From Eledone cirrhosa (taxonomy: Eukaryota): a DNA stretch of 64,000 nt. The position numbers and the translations under genes were made by a program. The first letter of the stretch is position 1; every line of letters begins with the position of its first letter. Below are positions 14,501 through 29,200 of this stretch, in pieces. The DNA lies in contig OZ024749.1 of NCBI GenBank assembly GCA_964016885.1, forward strand, positions 17,050,001-17,114,000. Direction: 5' to 3'. The notes beneath the pieces are model-generated. The model made no database searches. It was not told where the DNA came from and saw nothing but the letters and a program-made list of their open reading frames with translations.

Positions 14501-17500
14501 TCTCTCACATGTCCACTTTACAGCATGGGCTGGGTGCTTTTTGCTGTGTCTTTCACATGTACACTTTACAGCATGGGCTGGATGCTTTTTGCTGTGTCTT
14601 TCACATGTCCACTCTATAGCATGGGGTGGGTGCTTTTTTCTGTGTCTCTCACATGTCCCCTCTACAGCATGGGCTAGGTGCTTTTTGCTGTGTCTCTCAC
14701 ACATCCACTCTACAGCATGGGCTCGGTACTTTTTGCTGTGTCTCTCACATGTCCACTTTACAGCATGGGCTGGGTGCTCTTTGATGTGTCTCTCACATGT
14801 CCACTTTACAGCATGGGCTGGGTGCTTTTTGCTGTGTCTTTCACATGTCCACTCTATAGAATGGGCTGGGTGCTTTTTGCTGTGTCTCTCACATGTCCCC
14901 TCTACAGCATGGGCTAGGTGCTTTTTGCTGTGTCTCTCACACATCCACTCTACAGCATGGGCTGGGTGCTTTTTGCTGTGTTTTTCACATGTCCAATTTA
15001 CAGCGTGGGCTGGGTGCTTTTTGCTGTGTCTTTTACATGTCCACTTTGCAGCATGGGCTGGGTGCTTTTTGCTGTGTCTCTCACATGTCCACATTACAGC
15101 ATGGGCTGGGTGCTTTTTGCTGTGTCTTTCACATGTCCACTTTACAGCATGGGCTGGGTGCTTTTTGCTGTGTCTCTCACATGTCCACTTTACAGCATGG
15201 GCTTGGTGCTTTTTGCGGTGTCTTTCACATGTCCACTCTATAGCATGGGCTGGGTGCTTTTTGCTGTGTCTCTCAAACATCCACTCTACAGCATGGGCTG
15301 GATACTTTTTGCTGTGTCTCTCACATGTCCACTCTACAGCAGGGGCTGGCTGCTTTTTTCTGTGTCTCTCACATGCCCACTTTACAGCATGGGCTGGGTG
15401 CTTTTTGCTGTGTCTCTCACATGTCCTCTTTACAGCATGGGCTGGGTGCTTTTTACTTTGTCTCTCACATGTCCACTTTACAGCATGGGCTGGGTGCTTT
15501 TTGCTGTGTCTCTCACATGTCTACTTTACAGCATGGGCTGGGTACTTTTTACTTTGTCTCTCACATGTCTACTTTACAGCATGGGCTGGGTGCTTTTTGC
15601 TGTGTCTCTCACATGTCTACTTTACAGCATGGGCTGGGTGCTTTTTACTTTGTCTCTCACATGTCTACTTTACAGCATGGGCTGGGTGCTTTTTGCTGTG
15701 TCTCTCACATGTCCACTTTACAGCATGGGCTGGGTGTTTTTGCTGTGTCTCTAACATGTCCACTCTACAGCATGGGCTGGTGCTTTTTGCTGTGTCTCTC
15801 ACATGTCTACTCTACGGCATGGGCTGGGTGCTTTTTGCTGTGTCTCTCACATGTCCACTTTACAGCATGGGCTGCGTGCTTTTTGCTGTGTCTCTCACAT
15901 GTCCACTCTACAGCATGGGCTGGGTGCTTTTTGCTGTGTCTCTCACGTGTCCACTTTACAGCATGGGCTGGGTGCTTTTTGCTGTGTCTCTCACATGTCC
16001 ACTTTACAGCATGGGCTGGGTGTTTTTGCTGTGTCTCTAACATGTCCACTCTACAGCATGGGCTGGTGCTTTTTGCTGTGTCTCTCACATGTCTACTCTA
16101 CGGCATGGGCTGGGTGCTTTTTGCTGTGTCTCTCACATGTCCACTTTACAGCATGGGCTGCGTGCTTTTTGCTGTGTCTCTCACATGTCCACTCTACAGC
16201 ATGGGCTGGGTGCTTTTTGCTGTGTCTCTAACGTGTCCACTTTACAGCATGGGCTGGCTGCTTTTTGCTGTGTCTCTCACATGTCCAATTTACAGCATGG
16301 GCTGGGTGCTTTTTGCTGTGTCTCTCACATGTCCACTCTACAGCATGGGCTGGCTGCTTTTTTCTGTGTCTCTCACATGTCCACTTTACAGCATGGGCTG
16401 GGTGCTTTTTGCTGTGTCTCTCACATGTCCACTTTACAGCATGGGCTGGGTGCTTTTTGCTGTGTCTTTCACATGTCCACTTTACAGCATGGGCTGGGTG
16501 CTTTTTGCTGTGTCTCTCACATGTCCACTTTACAGCATGGGCTGGGTGCTTTTTGCTGTGTCTTTCACATGTCCACTTTACAGCATGGGCTGGGTGCTTT
16601 TTGCTGTGTCTTTCACATGTCCACTCTATAGCATGGGGTGGGTGCTTTTTTCTGTGTCTCTCACATGTCCCCTCTACAGCATGGGCTAGGTGCTTTTTGC
16701 TGTGTCTCTCACACATCCACTCTACATCATGGGCTCGGTACTTTTTGCTGTGTCTCTCACATGTCCACTTTACAGCATGGGCTGGGTGCTCTTTGATGTG
16801 TCTCTCACATGTCCACTTTACAGCATGGGCTGGGTGCTTTTTGCTGTGTCTTTCACATGTCCACTCTATAGAATGGGCTGGGTGCTTTTTGCTGTGTCTC
16901 TCACATGTCCCCTCTACAGCATGGGCTAGGTGCTTTTTGCTGTGTCTCTCACACATCCACTCTACAGCATGGGCTGGGTGCTTTTTGCTGTGTTTTTCAC
17001 ATGTCCAATTTACAGCGTGGGCTGGGTGCTTTTTGCTGTGTTTTTCACATGTCCACTTTACAGCATGGGCTGGGTGCTTTTTGCTGTGTCTCTAAAATGT
17101 CCACTTTACAGCATGGGCTGGGTGCTTTTTGTTTTGTCTCTCACATGTCCACTTTACAGCATGGGCTGGGTGCTTTTTGCTGTGTCTCTCACATGTCCAC
17201 TTTACAGCATGGGCTGGGTGATTTTGCTGTGTCTCTAACATGTCCACTCTACAGCATGGGCTGGGTGCTTTTTGCTGTGTCTCTCACATGTCCACTCTAC
17301 AGCATGGGCTGGGTGCTTTTTGCTGTGTCTCTCACATGTCCACTCTACAGCAGGGGCTGGCTGCTTTTTTCTGTGTCTCTCACATGTCCACTTTACAGCA
17401 TGGGCTGGGTGCTTTTTGCTGTGTCTCTCACATGTCCTCTTTACAGCATGGGCTGGGTGCTTTTTGCTGTGTCTTTCACATGTCCACTTTACAGCATGGG

Positions 17501-20500
17501 CTGGGTGCTTTTTGCTGTGTCTCTCACATGTCCACTTTACAGCATGGGCTGGGTGCTTTTTGCTGTGTCTTTCACATGTCCACTTTGCAGCATGGGCTGG
17601 GTGCTTTTTGCTGTGTCTCTCACATGTCCACATTACAGCATGGGCTGGGTGCTTTTTGCTGTGTCTTTCACATGTCCACTTTGCAGCATGGGCTGGGTGC
17701 TTTTTGCTGTGTCTCTCACATGTCCACTTTACAGCATGGGCTGGGTGCTCTTTGATGTGTCTCTCACATGTCCAATTTACAGCATGGGCTGGGTGCTTTT
17801 TGCTGTGTCTCTCACATGTCCACTCTACAGCATGGGCTGGCTGCTTTTTTCTGTGTCTGTCACATGTCCACTTTACAGCATGGGCTGGGTGCTTTTTGCT
17901 GTGTCTCTCACATGTCCACTTTACAGCATGGGCTGGGTGCTTTTTGCTGTGTCCCTCACATGTCCTCTTTACAGCATGGGCTGGGTGCTTTTTGCTGTGT
18001 CTTTCACATGTCCACTTTACAGCATGGGCTGGGTGCTTTTTGCTGTGTCTCTCACATGTCCACTTTACAGCATGGGCTGGGTGCTTTTTGCTGTGTCTTT
18101 CACATGTCCACTCTATAGCATGGGGTGGGTGCTTTTTTCTGTGTCTCTCACATATCCAATTTACAGAGTGGGCTGGGTGCTTTTTGCTGTGTTTTTCACA
18201 TGTCCACTTTACAGCATGGGCTGGGTACTTTTTGCTGTGTCTCTCACATGTCCACTTTACAGCATGGGCTGGGTGCTCTTTGATGTGTCTCTCACATGTC
18301 CACTTTACAGCATGGGCTGGGTGCTTTTTGCTGTGTCTTTCACATGTCCACTCTATAGAATGGGCTGGGTGCTTTTTGCTGTGTCTCTCACATGTCCCCT
18401 CTACAGCATGGGCTAGGTGCTTTTTGCTGTGTCTCTCACACATCCACTCTACAGCATGGGCTGGGTGCTTTTTGCTGTGTTTTTCACATGTCCAATTTAC
18501 AGCGTGGGCTGGGTGCTTTTTGCTGTGTTTTTCACATGTCCACTTTACAGCATGGGCTGGGTGCTTTTTGCTGTGTCTCTAACATGTCCACTTTACAGCA
18601 TGGGCTGGGTGCTTTTTGCTTTGTCTCTCACATGTCCACTTTACAGCATGGGCTGGGTGCTTTTTGCTGTGTCTCTCACATGTCCACTTTACAGCATGGG
18701 CTGGGTGATTTTGCTGTGTCTCTAACATGTCCACTCTACAGCATGGGCTGGGTGCTTTTTGCTGTGTCTCTCACATGTCCACTCTACAGCATGGGCTGGG
18801 TGCTTTTTGCTGTGTCTCTCACATGTCCACTATACAGCATGGGCTGGGTGCTTTTTGCTGTGTCTCTCACATGTCCACTCTACAGCAGGGGCTGGCTGCT
18901 TTTTTCTGTGTCTCTCACATGTCCACTTTACAGCATGGGCTGGGTGCTTTTTGCTGTGTCTTTCACATGTCCACTTTACAGCATGGGCTGGGTGCTTTTT
19001 GCTGTGTCTCTCACATGTCCACTTTACAGCATGGGCTGGGTGCTTTTTGCTGTGTCTTTCACATGTCCACTTTGCAGCATGGGCTGGGTGCTTTTTGCTG
19101 TGTCTCTCACATGTCCACTCTACAGCATGGGCTGGGTGCTTTTTGCTGTGTCTCTCACGTGTCCACTTTACAGCATGGGCTGGGTGCTTTTTGCTGTGTC
19201 TCTCACATGTCCACTTTACAGCATGGGCTGGCTGCTTTTTGCTGTGTCTCTCACATGTCCAATTTACAGCATGGGCTGGGTGCTTTTTGCTGTGTCTCTC
19301 ACATGTCCACTCTACAACATGGGCTGGCTGCTTTTTTCTGTGTCTCTCACATGTCCACTTTACAGCATGGGCTGGGTGCTTTTTGCTGTGTCTCTCACAT
19401 GTCCACTTTACAGCATGGGCTGGGTGCTTTTTGCTGTGTCTTTCACATGTCCACTTTACAGCATGGGCTGGGTGCTTTTTGCTGTGTCTCTCACATGTCC
19501 ACTTTACAGCATGGGCTGGGTGCTTTTTGCTGTGTCTTTCACATGTACACTTTACAGCATGGGCTGGATGCTTTTTGCTGTGTCTTTCACATGTCCACTC
19601 TATAGCATGGGGTGGGTGCTTTTTTCTGTGTCTCTCACATGTCCCCTCTACAGCATGGGCTAGGTGCTTTTTGCTGTGTCTCTCACACATCCACTCTACA
19701 GCATGGGCTCGGTACTTTTTGCTGTGTCTCTCACATGTCCACTTTACAGCATCGGCTGGGTGCTCTTTGATGTGTCTCTCACATGTCCACTTTACAGCAT
19801 GGGCTGGGTGCTTTTTGCTGTGTCTTTCACATGTCCACTCTATAGAATGGGCTGGGTGCTTTTTACTGTGTCTCTCACATGTCCCCTCTACAGCATGGGC
19901 TAGGTGCTTTTTGCTGTGTCTCTCACACATCCACTCTACAGCATGGGCTTGGTGCTTTTTGCGGTGTCTTTCACATGTCCACTCTATAGCATGGGCTGGG
20001 TGCTTTTTTCTGTGTCTCTCACATGTCCCCTCTACAGCATGGGCTAGGTGCTTTTTGCTGTGTCTCTCACATGTCCACATTACAGCATGGGCTGGGTGCT
20101 TTTTGCTGTGTCTTTCACATGTCCACTTTACAGCATGGGCTGGGTGCTTTTTGCTGTGTCTCTCACATGTCCACTTTACAGCATGGGCTTGGTGCTTTTT
20201 GCGGTGTCTTTCACATGTCCACTCTATAGCATGGGCTGGGTGCTTTTTTCTGTGTCTCTCACATGTCCCCTCTACAGCATGGGCTAGGTGCTTTTTGCTG
20301 TGTCTCTCAAACATCCACTCTACAGCATGGGCTGGATACTTTTTGCTGTGTCTCTCACATGTCCACTCTACAGCAGGGGCTGGCTGCTTTTTTCTGTGTC
20401 TCTCACATGCCCACTTTACAGCATGGGCTGGGTGCTTTTTGCTGTGTCTCTCACATGTCCTCTTTACAGCATGGGCTGGGTGCTTTTTGCTGTGTCTTTC

Positions 20501-23256
20501 ACATGTTCAATTTACAGCTTGGGCTGGGTGCTTTTTGCTGTGTCTCTCACACGTCCACTCTACAGCATGGGCTGGGTGCTTTTTGCTGTGTCTCTCACAC
20601 GTCCACTCTACAGCATGGGCTGGGTGCTTTTTGCTGTGTTTTTCACATGTTCAATTTACAGCGTGGGCTGGGTGCTTTTTGCTTTGTCTCTCACATGTCC
20701 ACTTTACAGCATGGGCTGGGTGCTTTTTGCTGTGTCTCTCACATGTCCACTTTACAGCATGGGCTGGGTACTTTTTACTTTGTCTCTCACATGTCTACTT
20801 TACAGCATGGGCTGGGTGCTTTTTACTTTGTCTCTCACATGTCCACTTTACAGCATGGGCTGGGTGCTTTTTGCTGTGTCTCTCACATGTCTACTTTACA
20901 GCATGGGCTGGGTACTTTTTACTTTGTCTCTCACATGTCTACTTTACAGCATGGGCTGGGTGCTTTTTGCTGTGTCTCTCACATGTCCACTTTACAGCAT
21001 GGGCTGGGTGCTTTTTGCTGTGTCTTTCACATGTCCACTCTATAGCATGGGGTGGGTGCTTTTTTCTGTGTCTCTCACATATCCAATTTACAGCGTGGGC
21101 TGGGTGCTTTTTGCTGTGTTTTTCACATGTCCACTTTACAGCATGGGCTGGGTACTTTTTGCTGTGTCTCTCACATGTCCACTTTACAGCATGGGCTGGG
21201 TGCTCTTTGATGTGTCTCTCACATGTCCACTTTACAGCATGGGCTGGGTGCTTTTTGCTGTGTCTTTCACATGTCCACTCTATAGAATGGGCTGGGTGCT
21301 TTTTGCTGTGTCTCTCACATGTCCCCTCTACAGCATGGGCTAGGTGCTTTTTGCTGTGTCTCTCACACATCCACTCTACAGCATGGGCTGGATACTTTTT
21401 GCTGTGTTTTTGACATGTCCAATTTACAGCGTGGGCTGGGTGCTTTTTGCTGTGTTTTTCACATGTCCACTTTACAGCATGGGCTAGGTGCTTTTTGCTG
21501 TGTCTCTCACACATCCACTCTACAGCATGGGCTGGGTGCTTTTTGCTGTGTTTTTCACATGTCCAATTTACAGCGTGGGCTGGGTGCTTTTTGCTGTGTT
21601 TTTCACATGTCCACTTTACAGCATGGGCTGGGTGCTTTTTGCTGTGTCTCTAACATGTCCACTTTACAGCATGGGCTGGGTGCTTTTTGCTTTGTCTCTC
21701 ACATGTCCACTTTACAGCATGGGCTGGGTGCTTTTTGCTGTGTCTCTCACATGTCCACTTTACAGCATGGGCTGGGTGATTTTGCTGTGTCTCTAACATG
21801 TCCACTCTACAGCATGGGCTGGGTGCTTTTTGCTGTGTCTCTCACATGTCCACTCTACAGCATGGGCTGGGTGCTTTTTGCTGTGTCTCTCACATGTCCA
21901 CTATACAGCATGGGCTGGGTGCTTTTTGCTGTGTCTCTCACATGTCCACTCTACAGCAGGGGATGGCTGCTTTTTTCTGTGTCTCTCACATGTCCACTTT
22001 ACAGCATGGGCTGGGTGCTTTTTGCTGTGTCTTTCACATGTCCACTTTACAGCATGGGCTGGGTGCTTTTTGCTGTGTCTCTCACATGTCCACTTTACAG
22101 CATGGGCTGGGTGCTTTTTGCTGTGTCTTTCACATGTCCACTTTGCAGCATGGGCTGGGTGCTTTTTGCTGTGTCTCTCACATGTCCACTCTACAGCATG
22201 GGCTGGGTGCTTTTTGCTGTGTCTCTCACGTGTCCACTTTACAGCATGGGCTGGGTGCTTTTTGCTGTGTCTCTCACATGTCCACTTTACAGCATGGGCT
22301 GGCTGCTTTTTGCTGTGTCTCTCACATGTCCAATTTACAGCATGGGCTGGGTGCTTTTTGCTGTGTCTCTCACATGTCCACTCTACAGCATGGGCTGGCT
22401 GCTTTTTTCTGTGTCTCTCACATGTCCACTTTACAGCATGGGCTGGGTGCTTTTTGCTGTGTCTCTCACATGTCCACTTTACAGCATGGGCTGGGTGCTT
22501 TTTGCTGTGTCTTTCACATGTCCACTTTACAGCATGGGCTGGGTGCTTTTTGCTGTGTCTCTCACATGTCCACTTTACAGCATGGGCTGGGTGCTTTTTG
22601 CCGTGTCTTTCACATGTACACTTTACAGCATGGGCTGGATGCTTTTTGCTGTGTCTTTCACATGTCCACTCTATAGCATGGGGTGGGTGCTTTTTTCTGT
22701 GTCTCTCACATGTCCCCTCTACAGCATGGGCTAGGTGCTTTTTGCTGTGTCTCTCACACATCCACTCTACAGCATGGGCTCGGTACTTTTTGCTGTGTCT
22801 CTCACATGTCCACTTTACAGCATGGGCTGGGTGCTCTTTGATGTGTCTCTCACATGTCCACTTTACAGCATGGGCTGGGTGCTTTTTGCTGTGTCTTTCA
22901 CATGTCCACTCTATAGAATGGGCTGGGTGCTTTTTGCTGTGTCTCTCACATGTCCCCTCTACAGCATGGGCTAGGTGCTTTTTGCTGTGTCTCTCACACA
23001 TCCACTCTACAGCATGGGCTGGGTGCTTTTTGCTGTGTTTTTCACATGTCCAATTTACAGCGTGGGCTGGGTGCTTTTTGCTGTGTCTTTTACATGTCCA
23101 CTTTGCAGCATGGGCTGGGTGCTTTTTGCTGTGTCTCTCACATGTCCACATTACAGCATGGGCTGGGTGCTTTTTGCTGTGTCTTTCACATGTCCACTTT
23201 ACAGCATGGGCTGGGTGCTTTTTGCTGTGTCTCTCACATGTCCACTTTACAGCATG
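11509..23256. repeat. Higher-order repeat copy 2 (11,748 bp = 245 monomers)
   Basis: Pattern recurs at +11748 (11586->23334). It has five extra monomers (~22780-23020) relative to copy 1. Confidence 0.92.
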
Positions 23257-26200
23257 GGCTTGGTGCTTTTTGCGGTGTCTTTCACATGTCCACTCTATAG
23301 CATGGGCTGGGTGCTTTTTTCTGTGTCTCTCACATGTCCCCTCTACAGCATGGGCTAGGTGCTTTTTGCTGTGTCTCTCAAACATCCACTCTACAGCATG
23401 GGCTGGATACTTTTTGCTGTGTCTCTCACATGTCCACTCTACAGCAGGGGCTGGCTGCTTTTTTCTGTGTCTCTCACATGCCCACTTTACAGCATGGGCT
23501 GGGTGCTTTTTGCTGTGTCTCTCACATGTCCTCTTTACAGCATGGGCTGGGTGCTTTTTACTTTGTCTCTCACATGTCCACTTTACAGCATGGGCTGGGT
23601 GCTTTTTGCTGTGTCTCTCACATGTCTACTTTACAGCATGGGCTGGGTACTTTTTACTTTGTCTCTCACATGTCTACTTTATAGCATGGGCTGGGTGCTT
23701 TTTGCTGTGTCTCTCACATGTCTACTTTACAGCATGGGCTGGGTACTTTTTACTTTGTCTCTCACATGTCTACTTTACAGCATGGGCTGGGTGCTTTTTG
23801 CTGTGTCTCTAACATGTCCACTTTACAGCATGGGCTGGGTGCTTTTTACTTTGTCTCTCACATGTCTACTTTACAGCATGGGCTGGGTGCTTTTTACTTT
23901 GTCTCTCACATGTCTACTTTACAGCATGGGCTGGGTGCTTTTTGCTGTGTCTCTCACATGTCCACTTTACAGCATGGGCTGGGTGTTTTTGCTGTGTCTC
24001 TAACATGTCCACTCTACAGCATGGGCTGGTGCTTTTTGCTGTGTCTCTCACATGTCTACTCTACGGCATGGGCTGGGTGCTTTTTGCTGTGTCTCTCACA
24101 TGTCCACTTTACAGCATGGGCTGCGTGCTTTTTGCTGTGTCTCTCACATGTCCACTCTACAGCATGGGCTGGGTGCTTTTTGCTGTGTCTCTCACGTGTC
24201 CACTTTACAGCATGGGCTGGGTGCTTTTTGCTATGTCTCTCACATGTCCACTTTACAGCATGGGCTGGGTGTTTTTGCTGTGTCTCTAACATGTCCACTC
24301 TACAGCATGGGCTGGTGCTTTTTGCTGTGTCTCTCACATGTCTACTCTACGGCATGGGCTGGGTGCTTTTTGCTGTGTCTCTCACATGTCCACTTTACAG
24401 CATGGGCTGCGTGCTTTTTGCTGTGTCTCTCACATGTCCACTCTACAGCATGGGCTGGGTGCTTTTTGCTGTGTCTCTCACGTGTCCACTTTACAGCATG
24501 GGCTGGGTGCTTTTTGCTGTGTCTCTCACGTGTCCACTTTACAGCATGGGCTGGCTGCTTTTTGCTGTGTCTCTCACATGTCCAATTTACAGCATGGGCT
24601 GGGTGCTTTTTGCTGTGTCTCTCACATGTCCACTCTACAGCAGGGGCTGGCTGCTTTTTTCTGTGTCTCTCACATGTCCACTTTACAGCATGGGCTGGGT
24701 GCTTTTTGCTGTGTCTCTCACATGTCCACTTTACAGCATGGGCTGGGTGCTTTTTGCTGTGTCTTTCACATGTCCACTTTACAGCATGGGCTGGGTGCTT
24801 TTTGCTGTGTCTCTCACATGTCCACTTTACAGCATGGGCTGGGTGCTTTTTGCTGTGTCTTTCACATGTCCACTTTACAGCATGGGCTGGGTGCTTTTTG
24901 CTGTGTCTTTCACATGTCCACTCTATAGCATGGGGTGGGTGCTTTTTTCTGTGTCTCTCACATGTCCCCTCTACAGCATGGGCTAGGTGCTTTTTGCTGT
25001 GTCTCTCACACATCCACTCTACATCATGGGCTCGGTACTTTTTGCTGTGTCTCTCACATGTCCACTTTACAGCATGGGCTGGGTGCTCTTTGATGTGTCT
25101 CTCACATGTCCACTTTACAGCATGGGCTGGGTGCTTTTTGCTGTGTCTTTCACATGTCCACTCTATAGAATGGGCTGGGTGCTTTTTGCTGTGTCTCTCA
25201 CACATCCACTCAACAGCATGGGCTGGGTGCTTTTTGCTGTGTTTTTCACATGTCCAATTTACAGCGTGGGCTGGGTGCTTTTTGCTGTGTTTTTCACATG
25301 TCCACTTTACAGCATGGGCTGGGTGCTTTTTGCTGTGTCTCTAAAATGTCCACTTTACAGCATGGGCTGGGTGCTTTTTGTTTTGTCTCTCACATGTCCA
25401 CTTTACAGCATGGGCTGGGTGCTTTTTGCTGTGTCTCTCACATGTCCACTTTACAGCATGGGCTGGGTGATTTTGCTGTGTCTCTAACATGTCCACTCTA
25501 CAGCATGGGCTGGGTGCTTTTTGCTGTGTCTCTCACATGTCCACTCTACAGCAGGGGCTGGCTGCTTTTTTCTGTGTCTCTCACATGTCCACTTTACAGC
25601 ATGGGCTGGGTGCTTTTTGCTGTGTCTCTCACATGTCCTCTTTACAGCATGGGCTGGGTGCTTTTTGCTGTGTCTTTCACATGTCCACTTTACAGCATGG
25701 GCTGGGTGCTTTTTGCTGTGTCTCTCACATGTCCACTTTACAGCATGGGCTGGGTGCTTTTTGCTGTGTCTTTCACATGTCCACTTTGCAGCATGGGCTG
25801 GGTGCTTTTTGCTGTGTCTCTCACATGTCCACATTACAGCATGGGCTGGGTGCTTTTTGCTGTGTCTCTCACATGTCCACTTTGCAGCATGGGCTGGGTG
25901 CTTTTTGCTGTGTCTCTCACGTGTCCACTTTACAGCATGGGCTGGGTGCTTTTTGCTGTGTCTCTCACATGTCCACTTTACAGCATGGGCTGGCTGCTTT
26001 TTGCTGTGTCTCTCACATGTACAATTTACAGCATGGGCTGGGTGCTTTTTGCTGTGTCTCTCACATGTCCACTCTACAGCATGGGCTGGCTGCTTTTTTC
26101 TGTGTCTCTCACATGTCCACTTTACAGCATGGGCTGGGTGCTTTTTGCTGTGTCTCTCACATGTCCACTTTACAGCATGGGCTGGGTGCTTTTTGCTGTG

Positions 26201-29200
26201 TCTTTCACATGTCCACTTTACAGCATGGGCTGGGTGCTTTTTGCTGTGTCTCTCACATGTCCACTTTACAGCATGGGCTGGGTGCTTTTTGCTGTGTCTT
26301 TCACATGTACACTTTACAGCATGGGCTGGATGCTTTTTGCTGTGTCTTTCACATGTCCACTCTATAGCATGGGGTGGGTGCTTTTTTCTGTGTCTCTCAC
26401 ATGTCCCCTCTACAGCATGGGCTAGGTGCTTTTTGCTGTGTCTCTCACACATCCACTCTACAGCATGGGCTCGGTACTTTTTGCTGTGTCTCTCACATGT
26501 CCACTTTACAGCATGGGCTGGGTGCTCTTTGATGTGTCTCTCACATGTCCACTTTACAGCATGGGCTGGGTGCTTTTTGCTGTGTCTTTCACATGTCCAC
26601 TCTATAGAATGGGCTGGGTGCTTTTTGCTGTGTCTCTCACATGTCCCCTCTACAGCATGGGCTAGGTGCTTTTTGCTGTGTCTCTCACACATCCACTCTA
26701 CAGCATGGGCTGGGTGCTTTTTGCTGTGTTTTTCACATGTCCAATTTACAGCGTGGGCTGGGTGCTTTTTGCTGTGTCTTTTACATGTCCACTTTGCAGC
26801 ATGGGCTGGGTGCTTTTTGCTGTGTCTCTCACATGTCCACATTACAGCATGGGCTGGGTGCTTTTTGCTGTGTCTTTCACATGTCCACTTTACAGCATGG
26901 GCTGGGTGCTTTTTGCTGTGTCTCTCACATGTCCACTTTACAGCATGGGCTTGGTGCTTTTTGCGGTGTCTTTCACATGTCCACTCTATAGCATGGGCTG
27001 GGTGCTTTTTGCTGTGTCTCTCAAACATCCACTCTACAGCATGGGCTGGATACTTTTTGCTGTGTCTCTCACATGTCCACTCTACAGCAGGGGCTGGCTG
27101 CTTTTTTCTGTGTCTCTCACATGCCCACTTTACAGCATGGGCTGGGTGCTTTTTGCTGTGTCTCTCACATGTCCTCTTTACAGCATGGGCTGGGTGCTTT
27201 TTACTTTGTCTCTCACATGTCCACTTTACAGCATGGGCTGGGTGCTTTTTGCTGTGTCTCTCACATGTCTACTTTACAGCATGGGCTGGGTACTTTTTAC
27301 TTTGTCTCTCACATGTCTACTTTACAGCATGGGCTGGGTGCTTTTTGCTGTGTCTCTCACATGTCTACTTTACAGCATGGGCTGGGTGCTTTTTACTTTG
27401 TCTCTCACATGTCTACTTTACAGCATGGGCTGGGTGCTTTTTGCTGTGTCTCTCACATGTCCACTTTACAGCATGGGCTGGGTGTTTTTGCTGTGTCTCT
27501 AACATGTCCACTCTACAGCATGGGCTGGTGCTTTTTGCTGTGTCTCTCACATGTCTACTCTACGGCATGGGCTGGGTGCTTTTTGCTGTGTCTCTCACAT
27601 GTCCACTTTACAGCATGGGCTGCGTGCTTTTTGCTGTGTCTCTCACATGTCCACTCTACAGCATGGGCTGGGTGCTTTTTGCTGTGTCTCTCACGTGTCC
27701 ACTTTACAGCATGGGCTGGGTGCTTTTTGCTGTGTCTCTCACATGTCCACTTTACAGCATGGGCTGGGTGTTTTTGCTGTGTCTCTAACATGTCCACTCT
27801 ACAGCATGGGCTGGTGCTTTTTGCTGTGTCTCTCACATGTCTACTCTACGGCATGGGCTGGGTGCTTTTTGCTGTGTCTCTCACATGTCCACTTTACAGC
27901 ATGGGCTGCGTGCTTTTTGCTGTGTCTCTCACATGTCCACTCTACAGCATGGGCTGGGTGCTTTTTGCTGTGTCTCTCACGTGTCCACTTTACAGCATGG
28001 GCTGGGTGCTTTTTGCTGTGTCTCTAACGTGTCCACTTTACAGCATGGGCTGGCTGCTTTTTGCTGTGTCTCTCACATGTCCAATTTACAGCATGGGCTG
28101 GGTGCTTTTTGCTGTGTCTCTCACATGTCCACTCTACAGCATGGGCTGGCTGCTTTTTTCTGTGTCTCTCACATGTCCACTTTACAGCATGGGCTGGGTG
28201 CTTTTTGCTGTGTCTCTCACATGTCCACTTTACAGCATGGGCTGGGTGCTTTTTGCTGTGTCTTTCACATGTCCACTTTACAGCATGGGCTGGGTGCTTT
28301 TTGCTGTGTCTCTCACATGTCCACTTTACAGCATGGGCTGGGTGCTTTTTGCTGTGTCTTTCACATGTCCACTTTACAGCATGGGCTGGGTGCTTTTTGC
28401 TGTGTCTTTCACATGTCCACTCTATAGCATGGGGTGGGTGCTTTTTTCTGTGTCTCTCACATGTCCCCTCTACAGCATGGGCTAGGTGCTTTTTGCTGTG
28501 TCTCTCACACATCCACTCTACATCATGGGCTCGGTACTTTTTGCTGTGTCTCTCACATGTCCACTTTACAGCATGGGCTGGGTGCTCTTTGATGTGTCTC
28601 TCACATGTCCACTTTACAGCATGGGCTGGGTGCTTTTTGCTGTGTCTTTCACATGTCCACTCTATAGAATGGGCTGGGTGCTTTTTGCTGTGTCTCTCAC
28701 ATGTCCCCTCTACAGCATGGGCTAGGTGCTTTTTGCTGTGTCTCTCACACATCCACTCTACAGCATGGGCTGGGTGCTTTTTGCTGTGTTTTTCACATGT
28801 CCAATTTACAGCGTGGGCTGGGTGCTTTTTGCTGTGTTTTTCACATGTCCACTTTACAGCATGGGCTGGGTGCTTTTTGCTGTGTCTCTAAAATGTCCAC
28901 TTTACAGCATGGGCTGGGTGCTTTTTGTTTTGTCTCTCACATGTCCACTTTACAGCATGGGCTGGGTGCTTTTTGCTGTGTCTCTCACATGTCCACTTTA
29001 CAGCATGGGCTGGGTGATTTTGCTGTGTCTCTAACATGTCCACTCTACAGCATGGGCTGGGTGCTTTTTGCTGTGTCTCTCACATGTCCACTCTACAGCA
29101 TGGGCTGGGTGCTTTTTGCTGTGTCTCTCACATGTCCACTCTACAGCAGGGGCTGGCTGCTTTTTTCTGTGTCTCTCACATGTCCACTTTACAGCATGGG